A stretch of DNA of 64,000 nucleotides from an uncultured Acidobacteriaceae bacterium (GTDB lineage: Bacteria > Acidobacteriota > Terriglobia > Terriglobales > Acidobacteriaceae). Location of the stretch: NCBI GenBank assembly GCA_963847155.1, contig CAWJZH010000044.1, positions 377,305 to 441,304 on the forward strand, written 5' to 3'. Positions 31,384 to 42,433 of the stretch are shown piece after piece (position 1 is the stretch's first letter; each line of letters starts with the position of its first letter). Both the position numbers and the translations under genes were made by a program. The notes under the pieces were generated by a model. The model worked only from the letters and a program-made list of their open reading frames with translations. It ran no database searches and was not told the origin of the DNA.

Positions 31384-31696
31384 TGCAAACGGGAATAAAA
31401 GCAGCAGAATGATCGGAAGCGCCGGATGACGATCAAAAAACTCTGTTTCTATTCCGCACCCAACCTGGTTTCAAACACAGCTGAGCGCAGCATCTAAATC
31501 AATTCCTCCGTAGGACAGTCTTCGAGCCAGTAGTCGCAAATGAGTATCTGCAGTACCGTCAGATTATATAAGCCAAACGCTGCATCAAAGCGATGAGGGG
31601 AATGGAACGAAAACGGAAGACCCTCGCGCCGTCTGCTATAACGATCGTTGTGGGATGCTTTCAAGGCGCATGCGCTGCTTCGCTCGAGGCAAAAGG

Positions 31697-32705
31697 ATGA
31701 GCCGCTCACTGGTAGTGGAAGTTCTGCTCGCTACTTACAACGGCGCGCGGTTTTTGCCCGAGCAGGTGGACTCCGTGCTGGCGCAGGACTATGAAAATAT
31801 CCGGATATTGGCCAGGGACGACGGCTCCAGCGACGGAACGGCGGAACTTCTGGCTCAATATGCGGCACGGTTTCCCAGCCGTTTTCGTGTCATGCCGGCA
31901 AGCCCCGCCGGCGGAAGCCCCAGGGATAACTTTCTGCTGCTGATGCAAGCGTCCACCGCGGACTACGTTTGCTTTTGCGACCAGGACGATGTGTGGCTGC
32001 CGGACAAAGTGAGCAAGTCTAAGCAGGCCATGGACCGGCTCGAGCGCGAGTGGGGCCCGGAGGTCCCATTGCTCGTGTTTACCGACCTGCGGCTGGTCGA
32101 CGACAAGCTCCACACAATTCATCCGTCTTTCTGGAGCTATATGGGGATCCGCCCCGAGCGCATCCATCGGCTGCCCAGGCTGTTGGTGCAGGGCGTGGTG
32201 ACGGGATGCACCGCGATGTTGAACCGTGCGCTCGGTTGAGCGGGGAGTGCGTATGCCGGAAGATGCATACATGCATGACCAGTGGATCTCGTGGTTGGCG
32301 GCCTTTCTGGGCCGCGCCGGCATCGTGAGCACCCCGACCGTTCTCTATCGCCAGCACGGAGGCAATGCAGTCGGCACAGGCAGCAACGCCGGGGACTCGG
32401 CGACCCAGGCGCCGAGACCGCTGTGGCAAAAGATCCGCCACCCGCATATCGCGCCGGAGTACGTGATTCGGTGGGAGATCAGCCAGCGGCAGGCCAGGGC
32501 TTTCCTGCGCGCGCACGGGGCCGAGCTGCGGCCTGCACAGCGCGCCCTGCTGCGAGGATTCCTGCGCTGTCAAACGAGCAGAAGCCGGTTGGTCCGCGTC
32601 GCCAGCCTCATCCGTTACGGTTTCTATCATGTCGGAGTGAAGCCGAACCTGGCCATGATGATTTACTTGTGGCGAATGAAGGCTAAGAACCAACACCCTG
32701 CTTGA
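31697..32705 (+). CDS. glycosyltransferase family 2 (rhamnosyl/hexosyl-transferase-like), one frameshift near 32230
   Basis: 'VEVLLATYNGARFLPEQVDSVLAQDYENIRILARDDGSSDGT' and 'FCDQDDVWLPDKV'. ORFs 31655..32239 and 32226..32705 join. Confidence 0.75.
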
Positions 32706-32755
32706 GGCTGGGGGCGCCAGAGCCCGCACTTGCGCCGGTTATACTGGCAGGGACG

Positions 32756-33682
32756 ATGAGTTATCGAATTTCCGAGTGCGCCCTTTGTGGCGGGCACGAA
32801 TTTGCCCCTTGTTTGCGCGCAAGAGACTTCCACTACGGGAATCCAGGCGAATACATGCAGTCTCAATGCACCGGGTGCGGCCTGGCGTTTCTGGATCCGA
32901 TGTATGACGAAGCGGAACTAGCGGCATTCTATCCGAAAAACTACTACGCCTTCGCCGATCGATTTCCTGTTGCCAATCCCACTTATTCCTTCAAGCAGAA
33001 AGTCTGGCGGCTGGCGGGGCGCAGAGAGTATCCGACTAAAGACCCGAAGTTCCCACGGCCCGGCAAAATGCTCGATGTGGGGTGCGGTTCCGGTTGGTTC
33101 ATCTCCCAGATGAGAGACCAGGGCTGGGATGTGACCGGAGTGGAGCCGAACGCTGCCGCCGCGGAGTTCGGCCGCAGGGAAAAGGGGTTGAATATATTCG
33201 CCGGGTCGCTGCTGCAGGCGAAGTTCCCGGACCGCTGCTTCGACTACGTGCGCATGAATCACTCCTTGGAACACATGGAGCATCCCAACCAGGTTCTCGA
33301 CGAAGCGTATCGAGTCACTGGCCGACTGACGGAAAGCTGATGGTCGGTGTTCCCAATCGGGACAGCTTCAATGCGCGCGTATTCGGCCGCTACTGGCACC
33401 ACCTGGCGCTGCCGGTGCACACCTTCAGCTACTCGGTCGGCACCCTCTCCCGGATGCTGCGCTAAGCACAGGTTTCAGGTGCGGAAAGTCGAATTCAACA
33501 CGAACGCGACGGCGCTTCTGGAAAGTGTGCAGATGTACCTCAACCGCAACGATGCGCAGCTCAGATCCCAGGGGCGGCTCACCGCCAGCCTGACAGCCAC
33601 GTTTCTCTTCAGCTGGGCGGCCCGCCTGCAGAATGTCTTTCATATTGCCGACGTCATCGAAGTGACCGCAACCAAGCGATGA
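32756..33682 (+). pseudogene. class I SAM-dependent methyltransferase with N-terminal Cys4 zinc-ribbon-like motif, two frame changes
   Basis: 'CALCGGHEF...CTGCGLAFLDP', SAM motif 'MLDVGCGSGWF', 'VRMNHSLEHMEHP'. Fragments 32702..33340, 33082..33465 and 33347..33682. Confidence 0.7.
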
Positions 33683-33740
33683 GAGCGGCCCGCAAGGACG
33701 GGCTGCCCGGGTGCATCTACGCTGTACCGACAGGCTCCTC

Positions 33741-35294
33741 ATGTCGCATAAGCGGAAGGTACTGCAAGGGCTCGGCGTCCAACCTCGCGCGCGTGCTGCT
33801 GTCCATGCTGGTGTCGCTGGTGCTGCCGCCGTTTCTGGTGCACCGCATGTCGGCGGCCGAGTACAGCGCGTGGGTCCTGATCCTGCAGCTGAGCGCATAC
33901 GTCGGCCTGCTGGACTTCGGCTTGCAGACGGCCATCGGCAAGTTCGTTGCCGAGCATGAAGCCGGCGGAGACAATGAGGCCAACCACCACCTGGTCAGCA
34001 CCTCGTTCACCATTCTCACGGCCGCCTCGCTTATCGCCGCCGTCGCCATGATCGTGGCGGCGCAACACATCCCGGCGCTGTTTGACCAGATGCCGGCGGC
34101 ATTGGTGCCGCAGGTTCGCTGGGGCGTGCTGGCGGTGGGTCTAAGCGCCGCGTTTGCCCTGCCCTTCGGCTCCTTCTTCTGCCATATTCACCGGGCTGCA
34201 GCGCTACGGCTTTCCCACCGTGAGTCGCCGTCGCCACCCGCGTTCTTTCGGCCGCGGCCTTGACTCGTCCTTCTGCTTCTCCACCGCGGCCTGGTCGCCA
34301 TGGCGTTAACGATGGGGGCTTTCAACGTCGCGGGCGCAGTCCGTGGCCCAGTACCTCGGCTGGCGCGCATATATCCGAGGCAAGGTCGACTTTTCGTTTC
34401 TGTTGTTCCACGGCAAGTCCGCGGTGCGGCTGGCGAAATACGGCAGCGTGCTTTCGCTCTGGACCGTCGCGATGCTGCTGATCAGCGGGCTCGACACCGT
34501 GATCGTCGGTCATTACGACTACCGCAACACAGGGTTCTATGCCATTGCCGGCGCCGTGACCAATGCTATGCTGGCGCTGATTTCGAGTCGTGTTCGAGAT
34601 GTTCCGCTGCTACCGGCGTTCTCTTCCATGCAAGCCGGTCACCAAGCCGGAGCGGATGGGGGAACTGTGCATCCGCGCCTCCCGCTACTGCGCGATACTG
34701 CTCTGCGTGTTCGGGTTGCCGCTGATCCTGGGAGCGTATCCGCTGTTGAGCATGTGGGTCGGGCGCGCCTATGCCGCGCGTAGCGCGCTTTATCTCCAAC
34801 TGCTGGTGGTCGGAAACATCGTCCGCCAGCTTGCCTCCCCGTACGTCATCGCGTGTGGTGGCCACCGGAAAACAACACTTGGCCAGCATCTCGGCGGTGG
34901 CCGAGGCATCGGTGAACGTGGGCTCTGAGCCTCTGGCTGGTGCAAGGGTATGGGGCCATCGGCGTGGCCGTGGGCACGGTGGTGGGCGCGGTGGTCAGCC
35001 TCGGCGTGCATGTGATGGTCAGCATGCGTTATACCCGCTCCACGATTCTTATCCCACGCCGGCAATTTCGTGGTTGCCGGCCTGCTGCGCCCGCTTCTCA
35101 TGGTCGTGCCATCGCTGTTACTTCTCCCGTTTTGGAGACCGCTTCAAATGCTCCCGGCACGGCCCGTGTTACTGGCGGCGTGGCTGGTTGCAACCACTGC
35201 GACCGCATGGATGATCGGGCTAAATGCAGACGAGCGGCGAGGATTCAAACGCGCATCGCTCCGGCTGCTACGCTGGCGCCAGCAGCGGGCCTAA
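33741..35294 (+). pseudogene. Wzx-like polysaccharide/oligosaccharide flippase (MOP superfamily), at least 6 frame changes
   Basis: 'MSHKRKVLQGLG' then 'SASNLARVLLSMLVSLVLPPFLVHRMSAAEYSAWVLILQLSAYVGLLDFGLQTAIGKFVA', followed by many TM fragments in alternating frames up to the stop at 35294. Very GC-rich. Confidence 0.6.
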
Positions 35295-35529
35295 CGGCCG
35301 TTCAGGCCGGAGCAGCTGTCTTCTTTGCTGAATCCGACCCGCGCAAACATAAATGTGAGAGAGCCTCTGCCGCTGAAGTTCCAAACCGAGGACAGCTTAG
35401 GAAAAAACCAGTAGCGGGCCGGGTATCGATCCGGATTTCCTACTCGCGGCACTTGAGTGACGGGCACAGGAGAAATCCGGGAAACTCAAAACTGCTACAG
35501 ATGCTTACGTCACGAATGATAATAGAAGT

Positions 35530-36973
35530 ATGAATTGGAACCTGGCCTGTCTGTTCGAAGTTCAAGCGGCAGTGCGGCATGCAAACCCCAGCGCAACCGG
35601 GTTGGCGGAGCTTTGTTTTGAGGAGATTGAAGCGCAGAATCCGGCGATCAATGCTTTTCTGGCCGTGAGCCGCGAGCGGGCGCTGCGCACGGCTGCGGCG
35701 ATCGATCACCTGGCTGCGCAAGGTGGCCCGCTGCCTGCTTTGGCCGGGGTTCCCATCGGCGTGAAGGACGTGTTGGTAATGGAGGGTTCCCCGGCCACGG
35801 CGGGTTCGCGCATCCTCGAAGGATATCGGCCGCCGTATGACGCAACGGTTGTCAAGCGTATGGAAGCTGCCGGGGCTGTGCTCGTCGGAAAGCTGAACTG
35901 CGATGAGTTTGCAATGGGCTCGTCGAATGAGAACTCCGGCTATGGACCGGTACGCAACCCGGTTGCGCTGGATCGGGTACCCGGCGGCTCGAGCGGCGGA
36001 TCGGCTGCAGCGGTCGCAGCCGGCATGGCTGTCGCCGCCCTCGGTACAGACACCGGTGGATCTGTTCGCCAGCCGGCATCTTTCTGCGGAGTCGTCGGCG
36101 TACTTCCGACCTACGGCCGTGTGTCGCGTTATGGCCTGATCGCCTTTGCCTCCTCGCTCGACCGGGTTGGTCCGCTCACCCGCAGCGTGCGAGGATGCAG
36201 CTGTTATGCTGGGCGTGATCGCGGGATATGACCCGCTGGACGCCACTTCCGCAAACGTGCCTGTGCCGGACTACGTCCAGGCTCTCGAGCAGCCGGTGAA
36301 GGGCCTGCGCGTGGGTGTTCCTGCTGAATATTTTGCCGACGGCCTGGATGCCGAAGTGCGCGCCGCGGTGGAGTCCGCGATCGAACGCCTGCGCGAGGCG
36401 GGGTGCTCGATTCATCCCGTGTCGCTGCCGCACACCCGGTACGCCGTCCCAACCTACTACATCTTGGCTACCGCCGAGGCCAGTGCAAACCTGGCCAGGT
36501 TTGATGGAGTGCGCTACGGCTTCCGCGCCAAGGATGCAAACACCCTGACAGCGATGTATCGCAAGTCGCGCGACATTGGCTTCGGAGCCGAAGTGAAGCG
36601 CCGCATCCTGCTGGGAACCTACGCCCTCAGCGCGGGCTATTATGACGCCTACTACAAGAAAGCGCAGCAGGTGCGTACATTGCTCACGCGGGATTTTCTT
36701 GACGCATTTCAGCAGGTGGATGTGTTGGTGACGCCGACTGCGCCGACCCCGGCATTCAAACTGGGCGAGAAGACAGACGACCCGCTCTCCATGTACCTTG
36801 CCGACATCTACACGGTGACTGCGAACCTTGCGGGAATTTGCGGAATATCTGTGCCCTGCGGGAAGTCGTCGCAGGGATTGCCGATCGGCGCGCAGATTCT
36901 GGGAAAGCATTTCGACGAAGCGACCGTCCTTGCGGGCCGCGCTCGCGGTCGAGAAGGCCACGAAGCCGCTTAG
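35530..36973 (+). CDS. gatA: Asp/Glu-tRNA amidotransferase subunit A, frameshift near 36150-36230 and probably a compensated pair near 36930-36970
   Basis: '[14 protein letters not shown]', '[39 protein letters not shown]' (amidase signature), '...[20 protein letters not shown]'. The consensus C-terminus '[17 protein letters not shown]' is in a different frame from the ORF that reaches the stop. Confidence 0.9.
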
Positions 36974-37559
36974 AGGGGCTGGTAGTATCGCTCCTCCGGT
37001 GCGGCGCAAGAGAGGCAGAGTGTTTGTCCATCGCGCACCAGGAAGCGGTCGTAGTTGATGCCTTCTCCGCATTGCGCGCAAGCCACGCGCTGCTCCCTTG
37101 TATCCGGGAAATTCCCTGGCGTCGAGTGTGACCTGCACCCACTGCTCGTCGAAGAGGTCGTGGTCGCTCATCTCGCGGTATGCGGCCATTTGCTGCAGGT
37201 TCTTATTTTCTATTTCCGGGTGCAATTCCCGAGCCAGAGTCTTTGACGATTCCTTGGCGGCGATGCGAATCGCGCGATTGGGTTTCGAGGTCGACGAAGG
37301 TGGCCGCCATCTTGCCCCAGTCGCGAAATTTAAGTGCTCGCTTGCCCAACCGGCAACCGGTGACGACGCCGATGGCATCCGTGGCGCAGCGGTCGATTTC
37401 GACGAAGGTCACCAGGCGCTTGCGGTCTCGCCCGCGCGGTTGCTCGATCCCCAGGCGGGCGCATCCCAGCATCGCCAAGCGGACGCCCAGCACCTGACCC
37501 GCGCAGAGATGCCCGTGGGCGATTCTCGCTTCCTCCAGCAGTTCGTCTAGCGTTGGCAT
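36970..37559 (-). pseudogene. FmdE/FwdE family protein with C-terminal zinc ribbon, two frame changes
   Basis: '[33 protein letters not shown]...[38 protein letters not shown]', middle part in the frame of ORF 36176..37378, C-terminus '[36 protein letters not shown]' in a third frame. Confidence 0.6.
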
Positions 37560-37580
37560 GGTTCTCCGGCATATCTCCAT

Positions 37581-37636
37581 AGTACTGTGCCTGACGACTG
37601 GAGACTCAAAGTACTGTGCCTGACGACGGAGACTCG
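37581..37636. repeat. tandem direct repeat, 2 copies of a ~28-nt unit
   Basis: 37581-37608 'agtactgtgcctgacgactggagactca' and 37610-37636 'agtactgtgcctgacgac-ggagactcg' differ by one indel and one substitution. Located 22 nt upstream of the FmdE-like start codon. Confidence 0.9.
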
Positions 37637-37705
37637 CATGCGCGGTAGGCGCTTTTCGGACGCGCTATCGCGGCAGAATGCAGCCACTTGACTGACCTCA
37701 AACCT

Positions 37706-38485
37706 TTAGTGTGTATTCGATGCCGTGGCCGGCTCTTCGTTGCCGTCGCCATCTTCCACCAGCACCGCGGAAAGCCCCACCAAATCGTAGCTGACCGCCG
37801 CAGCGCCGGACGGTTGGAAGGTAACCTGCAGCGGCTCCCGCTGCCATACCGAGGCAGCCGCACAGGCGGGTGGTTGGTTCTCCCCAGGTGACCATGGTGA
37901 GAGTTTCTTGGCCATCACCGGCTTGCGGGCGGCGATCTGAGCAACCACCGCATACAACTGCTTGCCGCTGGCGGTCAGGCCGCAGTAGGCGGCATAGTCG
38001 CGAAACCAGACGACATGTCGAAACCGCGGGGTCGTAGTCCGGCAGGTGCAGGGCGGTGATGCTGCCCTTTCACCCGGTCCCACCAGCGAGCCACGGTCGC
38101 ACGCTGCCATATCCAATGTTCGGCCTTGTCGCCCGGCAGCGCGTCGTTCAGCCGCGGAGCGCGGCGCAGCGGCAGAGCTGCGGTCGGTGATGGCGTGTGA
38201 TTCCACCAGTTCGTCCATTCCTTGAGCTTGCCATCCACCAGCAAGGGCCGAACGCGCAGCTTGTCTTCTGCCGTAGGGAGGGCGCCGGCCGGGTCGCCGG
38301 CGAGGGTGTAGGGAACGCTTCTTCGCGGAACCGAGGAACACGACGTGCGGCTTCGCTGACCGCGGAGAGGCAACGGATGCGCCGGCAATACCAGCCCAAG
38401 CAGTAGCAGCAATCAGGGCGCGACCTTGGTCGCCATATACACATGCGGCCTCAGCTTCCAGGGCGGAGAATCCCGGGAAATTCAA
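37706..38485 (-). pseudogene. hypothetical (probably secreted) protein, at least 2 frame changes
   Basis: Fragments 37706..38485, 37975..38412 and 38148..38444. Plausible path 'ALIAATAWAGIAGASVA...' -> 'PYTLAGDPAGALPTAEDKLRVRPLLVDGKLKEWTNWWNH...HWIWQRATVARWWDR' -> 'HVVWFRDYAAYCGLTASGKQLYAVVAQIAARKPV...'. No family recognised. Confidence 0.35.
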
Positions 38486-38497
38486 GTTAACAAACGC

Positions 38498-39424
38498 TTA
38501 TCTTTGCTGCCGATTTTCCACTGCACGGCGTGCCTCACCGCTTCTTTCCAAATGCGTGGATCCTTGCAACATTCGCGAAGATTTCTGCTGTGCCGCAGAA
38601 GCCAGACCCGGTAGAGCAGCCGGTCCACCCAGGTGCCGTTTTGCTGCACGTAGAGACTCCTGGCACAGAAGGATGTTGTGCATCCGCCAGACGGGCAGGT
38701 TGCCGACATTGGAATAGGAAGAATCGTGTGCCAGGATTGCGCGCATCACGTACATGCGGTAGCCCCTGCGGGAGAGCGCGCGGAAGACCACGTGATCCAG
38801 GAAGTCCAGCCAGAATTCAGCGGGAAAGCCTCCGGCCGATCGTAGTGCGGAAACCCGCAGCGTGGAGCCCGAGTTGTAGGCGCTCAAATGTTGGTGCTGA
38901 ATCCCAACCATGTCCTCGCTTATCACCGGCTCTGGCGCCGAAATTGACGCCGTATCAGGCCAAAAAAGTCGGGGAGGCCGGAGAATCGATCCTGCCATTC
39001 ACTCGCAGTTTGGGAACGATGGCTGCTTACCTCGCTCCGGGGGTAAAGGGTCCCGGCAGCCTCCACTAACTCAGAAAGAAATTCTGCCGGTGAGCGTGGT
39101 GTCCTGGTCGAGCAAAAGCAGCCATTCGCGCTCTTCGGACTCGGCACGGGCCAACGCAAAATTGTAGGCCGCCGCTAACCCGCCATTGGAGGGATCATGG
39201 ATATAACAGGTAGGGAAGCCCGCCGACGTCGCATGGCTCTGTGGTTGTGGCGAATTATCGTACAGGATCAACGACAGATGCTTTGCCAGCTCAGGATTTG
39301 CGTTCACGATCTGCAACAACGAGGAGAAGGATAGACTTTGCGCAAGTTCGCAGTTGTACAGCACTATGACGGACAGGATCGATGAGGGCGATTGCGAGGC
39401 GAGAATTCGCTGGCATTTCAACAC
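38498..39424 (-). pseudogene. glycosyltransferase family 2 (paralogue of 22549..23499), at least 2 frame changes
   Basis: 'ILSVIVLYNCELAQS...LILYDNSP...NGGLAAAYNFALARAESEEREWLLLLDQDTTL' then 'YNSGSTLRVSALRSAGGFPAEFWLDFLDHVVF'. Confidence 0.7.
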
Positions 39425-39635
39425 AGGTTAGGGAGACACAAACAGTGGGCTAAGTCCGGCCTAAGTTCACTCAGGCGCCAGTATACCAGCCGGCGCAGGA
39501 AGGATCCGAACTCCCGCCGCTAGCCTGGCCCTTTCTAGGAGAACCGGCACTTTCCTCAGCGAGCTCAGGATGGCTTGGCCCATCTCCATCAGGGTACCAG
39601 TTGAAAGGCCCGTGTTTATATGGAATCCTGACGCC

Positions 39636-40609
39636 ATGGCAGCCAATGGACACAATCGGATCTCGGTTGCCTTATGCACGTATACAAGCGTGAGAGATTT
39701 CTCGCCCAACAACTGGCCAGCATGGCAAACCAAAACAGGCCACCCGACGAACTGATCGTATGTGATGATCGGTCGAGCGACCGCACCATCGGCATCATTC
39801 GTGAGTTTGCAGCTTCGGCTACCTATCCTGTCAAAATTTTCGAAAATGAATCCAACTTGGGATCCGCCGCAAATTTTGAGCGCGCCATACGGCTCTGTGA
39901 AGGGAACCTGATTGCCCTCAGCGACCAGGACGACATCTGGTATCCAATTCGCCTCCAACGATCCGAGCAGGAGCTCACGGCCCACCCGGAAGCGGGATTG
40001 GTTTTTTCCGATGCCGACGTCATCAATGATGAGAATGGGTAGGCGCGTGCAACGATATCGCAGACTCGGCTTCGCCGGCAAATGGGAGCGCGATCTGCTG
40101 GCTGGTCAGTACTTCCTCTTGGCGAAGCACAGGTTTGTGACCGGGGCTACCGTGATGTTTCGTGCAAGCCTACGCGATCGTATTTTGCCCCATAGGTCAG
40201 GGGTGGATTCATGACAATCGATAGCGTTGATCACAGCAGCCTTCTCTACTTAAGACCCATCCACCAGCCGCTGATCCGCTATAGAATCCACAGCTCCCAG
40301 CAAGTCGGATTTCAAAACAAGCTCGAGCAGCGAACGCAGGGAACTTGGGCCCAGAGGCATTGGGGTCGCTTGGCAGAGTCGGTAAAGGAGCTCCAATTGG
40401 CGTGCGCGGCCTTGTCGGGAATCATTCTTGATAGCCGGCGAGAAGTCCTGCCGGCCTACCAGGAACACCTGCAGTTTCTGTCCTTCAGAGCTAATCTTCC
40501 CGATCCCCGCCTTGCGCGCCTTGGTCCCATCCTGACTCGCTATACCCAATACCGAGTTCACTCTTCGGGCCTGGCGAGTGCGCTAAAAGACCTCGCGCTC
40601 AAGCGGTGA
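39636..40609 (+). pseudogene. glycosyltransferase family 2 (paralogue of 42434..43410), about 3 frame changes
   Basis: 'RISVALCTY' / 'RERFLAQQLASMANQNRPPDELIVCDDRSSDRT...ALSDQDDIWYPIRLQRSEQELTAHPEAGLVFSDADVIND' / 'FVTGATVMFRASLRDRILP' / 'PLIRYRIHSSQQVG'. Confidence 0.7.
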
Positions 40610-40770
40610 CGATAGAACCTGTGGCAAAGAAAGGGTGGTAATAAAATCCCCATATAAAGCTAGATAAGCAAAGCTTTGCTGAACGTGAAGCCCTTGAGCG
40701 GGCTTTGCTCCACGCGCGCTTTGAAAGGGAAGGTTCGGCGAGCGAGGCGTGGCCTGGATGCGCGTATTGA

Positions 40771-42188
40771 TTGGGACGAAGGCTGGCGATGGCGTTCGGT
40801 CTCGGTGCCGCTGGTTGTGGAGAGCACCCTTCTCATCTCCCTTCTGGTTCTGTTGCGGGAAGAATCAACGACTACGATTATTCTCCTTCCGTCATCCAGT
40901 CCGGGAACCTTCAGCAGGTGTGGTGGTGCGGGGGTGGATATAATCCAGGCCTCACCGCTCAATGGTCCGACAACATCCAATACGAATCGATTGACCTGTC
41001 GACTCATACGCACTCTGGGCCCGTGCCGGTGTGGGAGAGATCCTGGAGCCTGGGATACGTCATGTCTGCAATCCAAAGGTTGTGAAGGGAATGTTCGTCA
41101 ATCCGCTTGGTAATAACGAAAGCTTCAGCTATGCCATGTACTACGTCGGCCTTGGCTCCGACCCAGGAAGCAAGAACTACATCGGAGTGCCTTTTCAAGA
41201 CGGATGTCCTGGAAGAAATTTCCTCACCCGGTCATCTCCCCAGAAACACAAAAAGGCTACGGCGTGGGCCAGCCGGCCGCGTACAACATCAATCACCAGG
41301 GAGCGATCCACTCTTCTACGAGGATGACAGCGTGTCCCTCCGCCATGTGGAAGCGAAGTCCAGCGATGGAGTGCACTTTGTCACCGTGGGCACAATCACC
41401 ACCAACGGGCTGGATCCAAGCAGCCAGACCTGGGGTACATCGCCTATGACGCCGAAACCGGTTATTGGTACGCCGCCTTTAATACTCCTACCCGCAATCC
41501 TTCGACTACAGGCGGAGTGTTAGAGCGGGGCTCTTGGGGCATCTCGCTGTATCGCATCCCCGACGCATCACTGTTAACCGGCGCGCCCCCATGGGAACTA
41601 CTTACATGGATTGACACCAGCCTCAATGGCTATGAAGCAAATTTCCTTCCTGGATTCGTGCGTGACTCCTATGGCAATCTCATCCCCGGTTCAGCCATAC
41701 AAATGTTCACTTCTGTATCGAACCCGCCACCGCCGTGGGATGCGTCGCCCACCGCGTCCGGTGCGTCCGGCGACGTCCAGTGGTGGAACATCTCTTCGGC
41801 ATCCTGGACCCCCGGTCATCCGTTAGTGGCACTCAATCGCTACTACAATCAAACCACCCATGAAGTGACGACGGGATGGATTGATCCCCATGCCGGCTTT
41901 GCGTTGCAAGCTACTTTGGGACATCTCTACCAGAGTCCGCAACAGGGGGCTACTCTTCCGTTCTATAGCTGCAAGCTCGGATCCATGGACTATTTCCTCT
42001 CACGTGACAGTGCCTGCGAAGGCTATCTCGTCCTGGGCACCGTTGGTTACGGTTATTCCCGGCCGGTTGCCGGTCAAAATCTGATGCCTCTTTACCGGTG
42101 CAAGACCGGTAACCATCATTTTGTTAGCAACGATCCGCACTGCGAAGGCCAGGAAACGAATGAACTTCTCGGTTACGCTGTTCCGTAG
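40771..42188 (+). pseudogene. secreted/lipoprotein, beta-propeller-like N-terminal part (GH43-like fold suspected) + C-terminal Cys-containing 'LYRC..G..HF.S.D..CEG' repeats, about 4 frame changes
   Basis: Lipobox-like 'MAFGLGAAGC'. 'YDYSPSVIQSGNLQQVWWCGGGYN', 'HVCNPKVVKGMFVNPLGNNESFSYAMYYVG', 'SSDGVHFVTVGTITTNG'. An intact tail ORF 41517..42188. Confidence 0.45.
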
Positions 42189-42433
42189 CTCCCGAAAGTG
42201 GCTTTTTTGGCAGGATCCATCGTCGAAATCTCCTTGGTGGCAGTAGTGCAAATAGGCTATCTCTTGATCGTTGGCGTTCGAACCACGAGAGCCGCAGCCA
42301 TGTTCAATTTTGCCTCCAGCTTCTGCTATGTGGTGGCCCATTCTTATGTGGCCGTCATCGGCTTCAACAAAGGAGCGCGCGATGAGGCGATGGACCCCGT
42401 GCGCTCGCAGATTTCTACACCTTGATTTCCGAG

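Noticed and set aside
35440-37378. Long minus-strand ORFs 35440..36246 and 36176..37378 antisense to gatA
   Set aside because: gatA on the plus strand carries the amidase signature. Only the 5' portion of 36176..37378 (about 37100-37300) is real coding, and it is one frame of the FmdE-like gene. The rest is shadow.
37581-37636. Possible CRISPR array
   Set aside because: There are only two directly abutting repeat copies with no spacers, and no cas genes in the window.
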